The notes: generated from the letters alone by a model not told the origin. DNA of 64,000 nt from Candidatus Omnitrophota bacterium (GCA_963662715.1 OY759724.1:2074662-2138661), one strand, 5' to 3'. Counted from the first letter of the stretch, positions 29,553 through 40,370 are shown. Numbers and translations are program-made.

Positions 29553-30326
29553 ATGTTGTTAGAGATCCAAAAATTAAGCATTGTCGCCAAAACAGAGCAG
29601 GGAGAAAAGCCGATTGTGGATCGGGTGAGCTTCCAGGTCCAGGAACGTAATATTGTGGCTTTGGTCGGGGGCTCCGGCAGCGGCAAGACGACAACGGGGC
29701 TGGCCGTTATGAGACTGCTGGCGCCGGGATTAAACATTGTTTCCGGCTCCATCTATTTTAACGGGAAAAATATTCTGACCTTGCCTGAGCAGCAAGTGCG
29801 GGATCTCCGCGGCGGCCAGATCGCGATGGTTTTTCAGGAACCCCTGTATGCCTTTAATCCTGTCTTCCGTGTCGGATACCAGATCGATGAAGTGTTGCGG
29901 TTTCATACGAGTTTGACGGTCTTGCAGCGTCAAAGACGCGTTGAAGAATTGCTGAGGCAGGTGGAAATTAAAGAACCGATGAGAATCGCCCAATCTTATC
30001 CGCATCAGTTGAGCGGCGGATTGCGCCAGCGGGCGATGTTGGCGCAGGCCATGGCGGCGAATCCTCAATTAATTATTGCCGACGAACCTACAAGCAATCT
30101 GGATGTCACCGTGCAGGCAAGGATTCTGACGTTATTCAAGAAACTCAGAGATGAGTTCCGTTTGACGCTTTTGCTTATTACGCATGATTTGGGGCTTGTG
30201 CAGTATTTATCAGATCATGTTGTGGTTTTATCCGGGGGGAAAGTGGTCGAACAGGGGCCGGCGTCCGACGTTTTGCAGCGTCCCCAGGAACCGTATACTC
30301 AAACACTGCTGGAGGCATTGAAATAA
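29553..30326 (+). CDS. ABC transporter ATP-binding protein (OppD/DppD-like)
   Basis: Walker A GGSGSGKTT, ABC signature LSGGLRQR, Walker B LIIADEPTSNLD. Confidence 0.85.
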   Translation: MLLEIQKLSIVAKTEQGEKPIVDRVSFQVQERNIVALVGGSGSGKTTTGLAVMRLLAPGLNIVSGSIYFNGKNILTLPEQQVRDLRGGQIAMVFQEPLYAFNPVFRVGYQIDEVLRFHTSLTVLQRQRRVEELLRQVEIKEPMRIAQSYPHQLSGGLRQRAMLAQAMAANPQLIIADEPTSNLDVTVQARILTLFKKLRDEFRLTLLLITHDLGLVQYLSDHVVVLSGGKVVEQGPASDVLQRPQEPYTQTLLEALK

Positions 30327-30327
30327 T

Positions 30328-31263
30328 ATGTTGCTGGAGTTGCAGGGGATACAAAAATATTTCCCGGTCAAACACAGCGTTTCTTGCGGGGCAAGAGAAG
30401 ACAGCTCTCCCGGAAATCTTGGCGCTTCTGTCGAACAGGCGGTCTCCGCCCTTGCCTGGTGGCAAAAGAGTTATGTCCGGGCGGTCGATGGAGTTGATTT
30501 AAGTATTGAGCAGGGGGAAGATCTGGGCTTGGTCGGAGAATCCGGTTCCGGAAAAACAACGTTAGGACGGCTTATTGTCAGGCTGTATTCTTTAGACAAG
30601 GGACGAATCTTCCTGGAGGGGAAAGACATTTCTTCTTCCCGGTCAGCTGTCCAGTTATTAAGGAAAAAAGTCCAAATGGTCTTCCAGGACCCTTATAGCA
30701 GTTTGAATCCCCGTTTCCCGGTAAGGAAAATTTTAAAGGAAGCCTTTCATCAATTGCGCCCTTTCCCGGACAGAAATTATCAAGAGCTTAAAATGATTGA
30801 AATGATGAAAGCGGTGGGGTTGGAAGGGGAAAATCTTAACCGGTTCCCTCATGAATTTAGCGGCGGGGAGAGGCAGCGTATCGCTATTGCACGGGCGCTG
30901 CTGATGAACCCGAAGCTTCTCATTTTAGACGAAGCGGTTTCTTCTTTGGATGTGCTCGTCCAGCAGCAGATCATTTCTTTGTTGAAAGAACTGCAGAAAA
31001 AGTTTAATGTCACGTATTTTTTTATTACGCATAATCTTCGAGTGGTCAAAAAATTGTGCAGACGTATTGCCGTTATGTATAAGGGGAAAATTGTTGAGCT
31101 GGGATATGCGGAAGACATTTTTGAGAATCCGCAACATGTTTATACAAAAGAATTATTGTCCGCTGCGGTGAATTATCAGGCATCGCAAAGTGATTTGGAA
31201 ATAGAGTTTGATAAAAGTTCCCGTTTGGTTGACTTGGGGAACGGACATTTTGTAATAAAGTGA
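30328..31263 (+). CDS. ABC transporter ATP-binding protein (OppF/DppF-like)
   Basis: Walker A GESGSGKTT, signature FSGGERQR, Walker B LILDEAVSSLD. Confidence 0.85.
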   Translation: MLLELQGIQKYFPVKHSVSCGAREDSSPGNLGASVEQAVSALAWWQKSYVRAVDGVDLSIEQGEDLGLVGESGSGKTTLGRLIVRLYSLDKGRIFLEGKDISSSRSAVQLLRKKVQMVFQDPYSSLNPRFPVRKILKEAFHQLRPFPDRNYQELKMIEMMKAVGLEGENLNRFPHEFSGGERQRIAIARALLMNPKLLILDEAVSSLDVLVQQQIISLLKELQKKFNVTYFFITHNLRVVKKLCRRIAVMYKGKIVELGYAEDIFENPQHVYTKELLSAAVNYQASQSDLEIEFDKSSRLVDLGNGHFVIK

Positions 31264-31389
31264 CGGAAAATTTGCTATAATAAATGTTTTCAGTAAGAAT
31301 TTTAAATATCATTTATAATTTGAATATTATCTTCTAAAAAATTTGTTAAAATAGACACGACTAAGTTTCCCTAATAACGGAGAAAATCT

Positions 31390-33729
31390 ATGAGTAATGC
31401 TTTCTGGAAAAGATTGAGTCTTATTTTTGGGCTTTTAACGTTAGCCTTTATATTCGGGCTGCTTGTTTTTGTCGCTAATTTGGAAGTCAAGGATTTGGAT
31501 TTGTGGCTTCATTTAGGCATGGGCCGGCACCTGGTTGAGAACGGATTCCGTGTCCCGGCAGCGGATATTTTAACCTGCACGTTTGCGGGCATCCCCTGGG
31601 TGAATCACGAATGGCTTTTTCAGGTCATTGTATACCTTATCTACTCCCGGTGGGGTCCTGAAGCCCTTATCACCATGCAGGTGATTGTTGTGACGCTCAC
31701 GATGACGATATTGTTGCTTATGGGCTACAGCCGGAAACGCCAGCTCGGCTCTATCTTTATGTTTCTCCTGGTTTCGCTCGTTTTTCAAAACCGTTTTACG
31801 ATACGTCCGGATCTTTACAGTTTATTGTTTTTTGTCCTATATATCTTTATTTTATCTTTCCATATTGACAAGAAATGGTCTTTGTATGCTTTATTTATTG
31901 TGCAGCTTTTATGGACGAATATGCACGGTTTCTTTTTCTTCGGTCCTCTTTTTGTCCTTATCGGCTTGGTGTCCGAGTGGATGAAACGGCATGTGCCTTT
32001 GCCTTATGAATGGAATAAAATCGGCCGGTTAACAGATGATGAATACAGTCGAATGGGCTGGATTTTTGCTGTTGTTATTTTGGCCTGCCTGCTTAATCCT
32101 TTGACATTCGAAGGGGCGTGGTATCCGATCGGGGTCTTTTTTAAGATTTCCGGAGAGCACAAAATCTTTTTCGATAAAATTATCGAACTTAGGAAGCCCA
32201 TCACGAGTGACACGCTGTTTTTGCCCACAGAATACCCTTATTATAAACTGCTTATTATCTTGTCATTCGTCAGCCTCTTCTTTAACCGTTTCCGGCTGGA
32301 CATCGCCGGATTGTTTTTTTGGCTGATCTTTCTGTTCTTTTCCCTGGCCGCGGTCCGCAACCTGATTTTTTTCGGTTTCGCGGCTTATATCGTTTATATG
32401 AGTAACGCCCTTGTCTTATCCATGCGCGATATTGTGCCGATCCGGATCACGGACAGGAAGTTTTTATATTTGACAACAATTCTTGCAAAGATTTTTCTCC
32501 TGGTCTGGATCATGCAGTACTGGACCACTATTTCCACGAACGGTTATTTTGATTTTGACAAGTATGAGCGTAAAAGTGAGTTCGGGGGGGTCTCTTTGCG
32601 GTCTTATCCCAATAAAGCCGTGGATTTCCTGGTTGAAAACAAAGTGAAAGGCAATTTTTTTAATGACTTTAACACCGGCGCTTATCTTACCGGGAGATGT
32701 TTTCCTGATATAAAAACGTTCATTGACGGACGGACAGAAGTCTATGGCCCGATTTTCTTCAAGTATTATGTGTCTTTGTGGGAAAAGGACAACCCGGAAC
32801 TTTTTGCCGACGCTTTGGAGAAGTTCGGCATTACCGGGGCTCTGATGAATTCCGTTCAGCAGCCGATTCCGCCGCGGGTCCTTAATTACTTGGAAAATAA
32901 TCCGGAGTGGATTCCCGTCTATTTTGATTATGACGCGGTGATCTATCTTAAGGATGTCCCGCAAAATCGGGATATTATCGAAAAACATGCCATTGATTTT
33001 TCCAAATGGGAGGGGAAATCTCTGGATATGTACCGGCTGGGGTCCAAGAAGGTTACCCCTTATCAGAACATGAACCGGGCTTATACTTTAGAGTCCATGG
33101 GCTATGATAAAGCGGCTTTGAAAGAGATTAACTATGCTTTGGAAGTTACCCCGGTTTATAATCTGCCGTATCTGTTGTTAGGTAAAATTTATGCCAAACA
33201 TAAGAATTATCAGAAGGCGTACGAAAACTTCCGTATCGCCGTTTTATTCTCCCCCGGGAACAGGAAGGCCCGTTATAATATGGCTCTGGCTCTTTATGAC
33301 CTGGGAGAATTCAAGTATGCGGCAGATCAATACCAGCGGCTTATTGACCAGTCGCCCCGGTCGGCCAAAGCCCATTTTCTCATGGCCAGGACTCTTGTTA
33401 AGATGGAAAAATATGACAATGCCCTGGAATTTATCCAGGTCGCCCATGCCTTGAAGCCGGGGGACATTAAAGATATTCTGGATCTCGGGAAGATGCTCGA
33501 AGAAGAAGAGGCTTATGCGATAGCGGTGGACGTCTATAAGCTCGGTTTAAATACGAAAAAAAATCTTGATGAAGTCCACCGTCTTTTGGCTGGCGTCTAT
33601 GAAAAATTAGGACAGCCGGAGAAAGCGGCAGAGCATCTTCGCGCGGAGAAGCGAATTATTTCGGAAGAGAAATATCAGACTCAGTTGCCAGATGTCCTGT
33701 CGGGGCCTGAAGATGAGCCGGAAGAATAA
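31390..33729 (+). CDS. Polytopic membrane protein (GT-C/PMT-like N-terminal domain) with C-terminal TPR repeats
   Basis: About 11 predicted TM helices in the first ~380 aa, then a soluble domain with TPR-like repeats (AYENFRIAVLFSPGNRKARYNMALALYDLGEFKYAADQY ...). Acidic C-terminus. Confidence 0.5.
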   Translation: MSNAFWKRLSLIFGLLTLAFIFGLLVFVANLEVKDLDLWLHLGMGRHLVENGFRVPAADILTCTFAGIPWVNHEWLFQVIVYLIYSRWGPEALITMQVIVVTLTMTILLLMGYSRKRQLGSIFMFLLVSLVFQNRFTIRPDLYSLLFFVLYIFILSFHIDKKWSLYALFIVQLLWTNMHGFFFFGPLFVLIGLVSEWMKRHVPLPYEWNKIGRLTDDEYSRMGWIFAVVILACLLNPLTFEGAWYPIGVFFKISGEHKIFFDKIIELRKPITSDTLFLPTEYPYYKLLIILSFVSLFFNRFRLDIAGLFFWLIFLFFSLAAVRNLIFFGFAAYIVYMSNALVLSMRDIVPIRITDRKFLYLTTILAKIFLLVWIMQYWTTISTNGYFDFDKYERKSEFGGVSLRSYPNKAVDFLVENKVKGNFFNDFNTGAYLTGRCFPDIKTFIDGRTEVYGPIFFKYYVSLWEKDNPELFADALEKFGITGALMNSVQQPIPPRVLNYLENNPEWIPVYFDYDAVIYLKDVPQNRDIIEKHAIDFSKWEGKSLDMYRLGSKKVTPYQNMNRAYTLESMGYDKAALKEINYALEVTPVYNLPYLLLGKIYAKHKNYQKAYENFRIAVLFSPGNRKARYNMALALYDLGEFKYAADQYQRLIDQSPRSAKAHFLMARTLVKMEKYDNALEFIQVAHALKPGDIKDILDLGKMLEEEEAYAIAVDVYKLGLNTKKNLDEVHRLLAGVYEKLGQPEKAAEHLRAEKRIISEEKYQTQLPDVLSGPEDEPEE

Positions 33730-33792
33730 TCAGGCCGGTTTTTACGATACGACAGGGCATCCTTTTGGGAAAGGACAAGGGGACATAATTCT

Positions 33793-35019
33793 ATGAGAGA
33801 GGTTTTGACGTTTATTTTAGCCGGGGGAAAAGGAGAACGGTTGAATCCGTTGACCCGCGACCGGGCGAAGCCTGCCGTTCCTTTCGGGGGAATTTATCGC
33901 ATCATTGATTTCACATTAAGTAACTGCATCAACTCCGGATTAAGAAGAATATATATATTGATCCAATATAAATCTTTTTCCCTGCAGAAACATGTCCTGG
34001 CCGGCTGGGGCGATATCGTTTCCAGTCAGTTGGGGGAGTTTATTGATGTTATCCCCGCGCAGCAGCGGATCAGTTCGGACTGGTATCGCGGAACCGCGGA
34101 TGCCATTCATCAGAATATTTATACGATCCATGACCATGATCCAAAATTGATCCTTATCCTGGCGGGTGACCATGTTTATAAAATGAACTATGAGAAAATG
34201 ATTTCTTATCAGAAGAAAACGAATGCGGACATGGTTGTCTCCTGCATCCCCATGCCGGCGGAGACGGCTGTGAGTTTTGGGGTGATCGAAGTGGACCAGG
34301 AGAACAGGGTGTGCGGCTTTCGGGAAAAACCCAAAAAACCCAAAACGATTCCCGGGGATTCGGAGCATATTTTTGCTTCTATGGGCATTTATCTTTTCAA
34401 GAAGGATGTCTTGCTGCAAGAACTGGAAATAGATTCAAAGAGCATGACATCAGAGCATGATTTTGGAAAGAATGTCATTCCGCAAATGTTGAAGAACGGT
34501 AAAAAAATATTGGTTTATAATTTTGTGGATAAGGATAACAAGCCGTGTTACTGGCGGGATATCGGGACGCGGGATGCGTATTATCAGGCTAATATGGACC
34601 TTGTCCAAAGAGACCCGGAATTCAACTTGTATGAACGGACGTGGCCGGTCAGGACTTTGCATGAGCAATTCCCGCCCATTAAGCTGCTGCATGCCGAGGA
34701 GAACGGACAGCTTATTCACGGTGAGCTTGACGACTGCCTGATCGCGGGCGGCTGTATTATCGACGGGGCAAAGATTAAAGGATCCATCCTTTCCACGAAC
34801 GTTTGTGTCCACCCCCATGCCAGCGTCATCAATTCTGTTATTATGGAGGGGGTTTCGGTCGGTTCTCATGCGAAGATAAAGAATGCTATCGTTGATAAAG
34901 AGGTCGTCGTTCCGCCGGGGGCGCAGATAGGGTATGATCTCAGTCTCGACCGGAAAAGATTTGACGTAACAACATCAGGCATTGTTATTGTGCCCAAAAG
35001 AGTCAAGATTCAGGGATGA
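33793..35019 (+). CDS. glgC: Glucose-1-phosphate adenylyltransferase
   Basis: ILAGGKGERLNPLTRDRAKPAVPFGGIYRIIDFTLSNCINSG N-terminus and C-terminal left-handed beta-helix. Confidence 0.85.
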   Translation: MREVLTFILAGGKGERLNPLTRDRAKPAVPFGGIYRIIDFTLSNCINSGLRRIYILIQYKSFSLQKHVLAGWGDIVSSQLGEFIDVIPAQQRISSDWYRGTADAIHQNIYTIHDHDPKLILILAGDHVYKMNYEKMISYQKKTNADMVVSCIPMPAETAVSFGVIEVDQENRVCGFREKPKKPKTIPGDSEHIFASMGIYLFKKDVLLQELEIDSKSMTSEHDFGKNVIPQMLKNGKKILVYNFVDKDNKPCYWRDIGTRDAYYQANMDLVQRDPEFNLYERTWPVRTLHEQFPPIKLLHAEENGQLIHGELDDCLIAGGCIIDGAKIKGSILSTNVCVHPHASVINSVIMEGVSVGSHAKIKNAIVDKEVVVPPGAQIGYDLSLDRKRFDVTTSGIVIVPKRVKIQG

Positions 35020-35054
35020 TTATGGCGTAATAAATATAAAAAGAAAGGAACTGT

Positions 35055-36266
35055 ATGATTGTGCAGCCAAAAATAAGAGGGTTTATTTGTACGACAGCCC
35101 ATCCTGCGGGCTGTGCTAAAAATGTCCAGGACCAGATTGACTATGTGAAAGAGCAGGGGCTTATTCAAGACGGCCCCGAAAGGGTTCTTGTGGTCGGAGC
35201 TTCAACAGGCTACGGCCTGGCGAGCCGTATCACGGTCGCTTTCGGATGCCGGGCTAAGACCATGGGTGTCTTTTATGAAAAAGCAGCGGAGGGGCGGCGC
35301 ACGGCGACGGCCGGGTGGTATAACTCGATTGCTTTTGACCAGGCCGCCATAAATGAAGGGCTTTACGCGAGAAGCTTTAACGGCGATGCGTTTAGCGACG
35401 AGATGAAGGATCGGGTCGTCTCGACGATCCGGGAGGACTGGGGAGGCGTTGATTTGCTGATCTACAGCTTGGCATCTCCCAGGCGTTTGCATCCGAAAAC
35501 AGGTCAATTGTCCAAATCCTCGTTGAAGCCAAGAGGCGCTCCCTATACGAACAAATCCATAGATTTTTCCATCAACAAAATTGTGAATGTGACCCTGCCT
35601 TCAGCCACAGAAGAAGATGTGCAGCAGACGATCGATGTTATGGGCGGTGAGGACTGGGACATGTGGGTGGCCGCATTAAAGCAGGCTAATCTGCTGTCTG
35701 AAAAATTTGTCACGGCTGCTTATTCGTATGTCGGCCCGGATGTGACGATGCCGGTTTATCGCAATGGAACGATTGGGGCGGCTAAAGACCATTTGGAAGA
35801 AACAGCCCGCAAAATGGACGAATGGCTTAGACAAAAAGGCGGCCGGGCTTTCGTGTCCGTGAACAAGGCTTTGATCACTCAATCCAGTTCGGCGATCCCT
35901 TTCATCCCGCTTTATTTCATTATTTTGATGAAAGTTATGAAGCAAAAAGGCGTTCATGAGGACTGTATTCATCAGATGGTCAGACTTTTTCATGAGAGGC
36001 TTTATGCCGGGGGAGAGATCCCGGTTGATGAACTTGGCCGCGTACGAGTGGATGATTGGGAGATGCGTCCGGATATCCAGAGTGAGGTCCGAGAGTTATG
36101 GGAAAAAGTATCTAACGAGAATGTTGAGCAGTTGGCTGATGTCCGGGGATATCATGAAGATTTCCTGAAGTTGTTCGGCTTTGGGTTGTCTGGCGTAGAT
36201 TATGAAGCTGATGTCGATATCGATTTAAAGTTCCCCGATTACGATTCTGTTATTATGAAAACATGA
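35055..36266 (+). CDS. fabV: Enoyl-[acyl-carrier-protein] reductase FabV (trans-2-enoyl-CoA reductase family)
   Basis: N-terminus MIVQPKIRGFICTTAHPAGCAKNV and about 400-aa length are characteristic of FabV/Ter. Confidence 0.8.
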   Translation: MIVQPKIRGFICTTAHPAGCAKNVQDQIDYVKEQGLIQDGPERVLVVGASTGYGLASRITVAFGCRAKTMGVFYEKAAEGRRTATAGWYNSIAFDQAAINEGLYARSFNGDAFSDEMKDRVVSTIREDWGGVDLLIYSLASPRRLHPKTGQLSKSSLKPRGAPYTNKSIDFSINKIVNVTLPSATEEDVQQTIDVMGGEDWDMWVAALKQANLLSEKFVTAAYSYVGPDVTMPVYRNGTIGAAKDHLEETARKMDEWLRQKGGRAFVSVNKALITQSSSAIPFIPLYFIILMKVMKQKGVHEDCIHQMVRLFHERLYAGGEIPVDELGRVRVDDWEMRPDIQSEVRELWEKVSNENVEQLADVRGYHEDFLKLFGFGLSGVDYEADVDIDLKFPDYDSVIMKT

Positions 36267-36419
36267 CCTTTTCTGCCTCTTTCGGCATTCTTGATCAGAG
36301 GTGTCCGTTTTTGTCCGCAGTGTTTGAGGATGATTTGCAGTTAGTGGTGATCAGATGCATTTTATGCTGTTTCCTGCCAGAGGTTGTTTGTCTTCTTATT
36401 TAAAAAGTTTAATAAAAGA

Positions 36420-36448
36420 TTGACAAGGGTCTTTTGATCTAATACATT
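36420..36448 (+). promoter_or_regulatory. Candidate promoter TTGACA-N17-TACATT upstream of the HTH/ACP/smc genes
   Basis: Perfect -35 hexamer with 17-nt spacing to a 4/6-match -10, inside a 210-nt AT-rich gap. Confidence 0.3.
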
Positions 36449-36475
36449 GAAAATAAATAATTAAAATTAGTACTA

Positions 36476-36730
36476 ATGGAAAAAGATATGAACCAGAATC
36501 AGTTGATGACAATTGACGAAGTTGCTCAATATCTAAGGGTAAAAAAACGAACTGTTTATGACTGGCTTAAAAAAGATAAGATCCCGGCCATCAAGACCGT
36601 TGGGCAATGGCGGTTTAAGAAAGAAACGATTGATTCATGGCTTGAGGCTCAGCAGAGATTTATCGATCAGATTCGCATGGAAAAAGAGTCAAAGGATAAG
36701 GGAGGAACAAATGATGGCAGCACGAGGTGA
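36476..36730 (+). CDS. Small helix-turn-helix DNA-binding protein (excisionase/MerR-like HTH_17 family)
   Basis: MTIDEVAQYLRVKKRTVYDWLKKDKIPAIKTVGQWRFKKETIDSWL matches the HTH_17 pattern. The start could instead be ATG 36506. Confidence 0.55.
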   Translation: MEKDMNQNQLMTIDEVAQYLRVKKRTVYDWLKKDKIPAIKTVGQWRFKKETIDSWLEAQQRFIDQIRMEKESKDKGGTNDGSTR

Positions 36731-36974
36731 CTCTAATATTGAGAAAGACATTCGGATGCTTGTTGCAGACATCTTGGAGACTGAACCCGAAGAGATAGAT
36801 GGTGAGGCAAAGTTTGTTCAGGATTTAGGTATGGACTCTATGATGGCTTTGGAGATTTTAGCCGGATTAGAAAAGAAGTATCGCATCGTTATCCCGGAAG
36901 AGATGCTGGCAAAATTTGTCAATCTCAACACGACTGTGAAGATTGTAGAGGATCTTTTAAGAGAAAAGTCATAG
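36711..36974 (+). CDS. Acyl carrier protein-like (divergent: DSM in place of DSL at the phosphopantetheine site)
   Basis: DLGMDSMMALEILAGLEKKY resembles the ACP helix II phosphopantetheinylation site. ATG 36711 has GGAGG 5 nt upstream. The listed ORF starting at 36558 is an overlong upstream extension. Confidence 0.6.
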   Translation: MMAARGDSNIEKDIRMLVADILETEPEEIDGEAKFVQDLGMDSMMALEILAGLEKKYRIVIPEEMLAKFVNLNTTVKIVEDLLREKS

Positions 36975-37026
36975 GACGGTCTTTCCGAGAATTCTTCAGA
37001 ATTTCCATCCCAGAGAGGAGTAAGGT

Positions 37027-40000
37027 GTGTTTTTTAAAAGATTAGAAATCTTTGGATTTAAATCTTTTGCGGATAAAACTGTGATGAATTTCGGCCCAGG
37101 CGTTACGGCGATTGTCGGGCCTAACGGTTGCGGTAAAAGCAATGTTTTTGATGCTATCCGCTGGGTGTTAGGGGAGCAGAGCGTTAAGGAACTGCGTGGC
37201 TCGGCCATGGAGGATGTCATCTTTAATGGCACGGAGAAGAAACCTTCTTTAGGTTTTGCCGAAGTGAGCCTTACTTTTTCCAATGAGTCGCGTGCTTTAC
37301 CCGTTGATTATAACGAAGTAACCGTAACGAGACGCCTGTTCCGTTCGGGGGAAAGTGAGTATCTGCTGAATAAGACGACAGTCCGGTTGAAAGATATCGC
37401 TGAGCTTTTTATGGGGACGGGTATTGGCGCAGAAGCCTATTCTCTTGTTCAGCAGGGAAAAGTTGATTTGGTCGTCAGCGCTAAACCGGAAGACCGGAGA
37501 ATTATTCTGGATGAGGCTTCGGGGATAACAAAGTACAAATCGAAGCGGAAAGAAGCTTTGAATAAACTGCGAGACACAGAGAACAACCTGCTGCGGATTA
37601 ATGATATTATCGTTGAAGTCAAAAGACAGATCGCTTCGCTGGAAAGACAGGCGAATAAAGCCCGGCGTTATAGAGAAGAATTTGAGAAGTTGAAGGACCT
37701 GGAAGTCCAATACGCGGGGATGGAACTCAATGAGTTTTCCGAGCAAAGCCAGCGTCTCCGGCAGCATATTGCGGAAATGAAAGACCGGGAGAACCAGGAA
37801 ATCGAAGCCCTGAAAGAGCTTAATGAACTTTTAGGCCATGAAACGAGTTTTATGGAGGAGCTGGACGAAAAGATCAGCGAAATGACCGGGCAGGCGATAA
37901 AAGTGGAAGGTCAGGTTGACCTCCATCAGAGGCAAATTGAATTTAACGAAGAAAGAATTGAAAATGCCTTGTCTCAACAAAAGCGAATTGCTGAACATAA
38001 GGGGCAGATCCGGGAACGGTGCCGGCTGCAGGAAGAAAAGCTGGAAGAACTCCGTGTCTCATTGTCTCAATCGGAACACGTGATTGAAGGGAAGACCGGG
38101 CAGCTTGAAGAGAAAAGGAGTTCTCTTAACACGATCGTTGAAGGAATTGCCACGGCGCGTTTGAATATCCGGGATGAGGAGGAAAAAATATTAACGATTA
38201 CCGCTAATCAGGTTCAGGTGCGCAACAGGTTGACGGAGGTCATGAAAGAGGTCCAGGGCAGTTTGGCCAGAAAGAGACGGCTGGAAATAGAGAATGTCAA
38301 AGTGGCCCAGGAAAAAGAAGTGGTCGATCATAGATATGCCGATATCTGCCAGAAAACCCAAACAGCGAAACAGACCATTCAGGATCTGCGGGGCCAGAGG
38401 GAAACCCAGGTCACTCAATTGAAGGCTCTGCAGAGAGAGATGGATGCCCTAAAACAATGCATTGACGATCTTGAAAAAAAGAAACTGTTTTTAAAGTCAC
38501 AAAAAGAATTTATTGAGAAATTGCGTGTCCAATATCAAGATATCCCCGATCCGATTGTCTCCGGCCGTTTTGTGACGACGACATCCCCTTCGCAACATCA
38601 TACCGGTATTATCGGTAAGGTCCGGGAGGTTGTTCCTCTTCAGGGGGAGCGTTTGGCCCAGATGCAGGCCTACTTGGGAGAGCAGGGGGATCAGTGTTTT
38701 GAGATCATCTGTGAAACAAAGTTTATTGAGTTAGACCCGCAACATATCTCGGTGAAGATCGATGAGTTGAGCCAGGACATTTCGGACCGTATGGTAACGA
38801 AGAGCCACTTGGAGAATGATATCAGGGGTTTGTCGGATCTGGTGGAACAACTTGAAGAAAAAATCCAGGAACAGGAGAAAGTCCTTTCCATTTTTGAGGC
38901 CCAAAAGGATGATGTGATCAAGGAAACGGACAAATTGAACGATGAATTGGATCTTGTGAAATTGGAGCTGGAAGAAGTCACGGGGATGTTGTCCTCTTTA
39001 AAGAAATCCGAGGAAGAATTAACCATTAATCTGGATTCCTTGTCTCAAGAGCTGGCTTTTTGTCAGGTCCGGATTCAGGAAGGGCAGAAACTGGTTGCTG
39101 ACAATTCCCAGCAGAGAGAAGAAACAACCATCCTGATTGCTCAGATAGAGTCGGAAATCCGTTCGGAACAGGAAAAAAGAAACAGCTATAGTGAGAATTT
39201 AAAGCTTTATCAGGAAACCTTGGAAGGCAGCATCAAGGAAATAGAACAGCTGGATCAAGAGGAGGCTGAAGAGCAGTTGAAACACCAGCAGTTCGAGCAG
39301 GAAATTGTGTCCTTGCTGGCGAAGATAGAAGATGTTAAAAAACAGAAAAGCTCTTTGCAGAACGTGTTGAGAGATTATGAGAAGCAAAAGGATGAGGTTG
39401 TCAGCCGCATCAACAGTGTGCGGGCGAACATCTCTTCCAACAACTCAGATCTGGAGGAAATCAGAAGTCTTGTCCACCAGGACCAGTTTAATGATCAGGA
39501 AATTTCGTTTCACATCAAAGAGATCAAAGACCGTCTGCAGCAGGCCTACCGGATCGATTTTGACGAGTATGTCCGTCAGAGGAACGAACAGGTCCCGGCC
39601 GGGGCCGAGGTTCCTGAGGCGTCTGCTCCGAAGGAGCTTCCCGATATTGATGAGTTGAAAGAAACGATCAACCGCCTGCGCAAGCGTTGCGATGCCTTTG
39701 GGTCCGTAAACTTAGTGGCCATTGAAGAGTTTGAGGAGCTAAAGCAGCGTTTTGAATTCCTGACCAGTCAGCAGAGCGATTTGATTTCAGCGAAACATTC
39801 CTGCAGCAAACGATCGTCAAGATTAACCGCCAAACACGGCAAATGTTTATGGATACGTTTACCAAGGTGAGTGAAGAGTTCCGTATCTATTTCAGAATGC
39901 TTTTCGGCGGAGGAGAAGCCCAGCTCGTTTTGATGGATCCCGACAATGTCCTTGAGACAGGGATTGAAATTATCGCGAGGCCTCCTGGCAAAAAACTGCA

Positions 40001-40340
40001 GAATATCAGCCTGCTTTCCGGAGGGGAAAAGACCCTGACGGCGATCGCTCTCATTTTCGGCGTTTTCAAGGTGAATCCCAGCCCGTTTTGTGTCCTCGAT
40101 GAAATTGACGCTGCCCTGGATGAATCAAACGTGGGACGGTTCAGTTATCTTCTTAAGGACTTTGCCGAAATTGCCCAGTTTATTGTTATAACTCATAACA
40201 AGAAGACCATCGCTTCTGCAAAAGTCATGTACGGGATTACGATGCAGGAGACAGGGGTCTCTAAAATCGTGTCGGTGAAGTTCGCGGAGAAAGACGAGAC
40301 AAAGACGGAGAATCTTCAGGCCGTTACCGCCAGTGTATGA
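37027..40340 (+). CDS. smc: Chromosome segregation protein SMC, interrupted by an apparent -1 frameshift near nt 39793-39797
   Basis: N-terminal Walker [10 protein letters not shown], long coiled coils and hinge. The C-terminal ABC signature LSGGEKTL and Walker B VLDEID lie in a second ORF (39756-40340) in a different frame. The two frames join at ...DLISAK / [19 protein letters not shown]. Confidence 0.75.
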
Positions 40341-40349
40341 TTCTTACCC

Positions 40350-40370
40350 TCCCGGGGCACGGGGATTTTT
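40350..40370 (+). terminator. Possible intrinsic terminator after smc (short GC stem CCCG/CGGG followed by ATTTTT), in the convergent gap with the GGDEF gene
   Basis: Hairpin and T-tract read from the sequence. The stem is short. Confidence 0.35.

Noticed and set aside
36558-36974. 138-aa ORF presented as one protein
   Set aside because: Only the last 87 aa (from ATG 36711 with GGAGG RBS) look like an ACP. The upstream 51 codons overlap the HTH gene in another frame and are R/K-rich noise.
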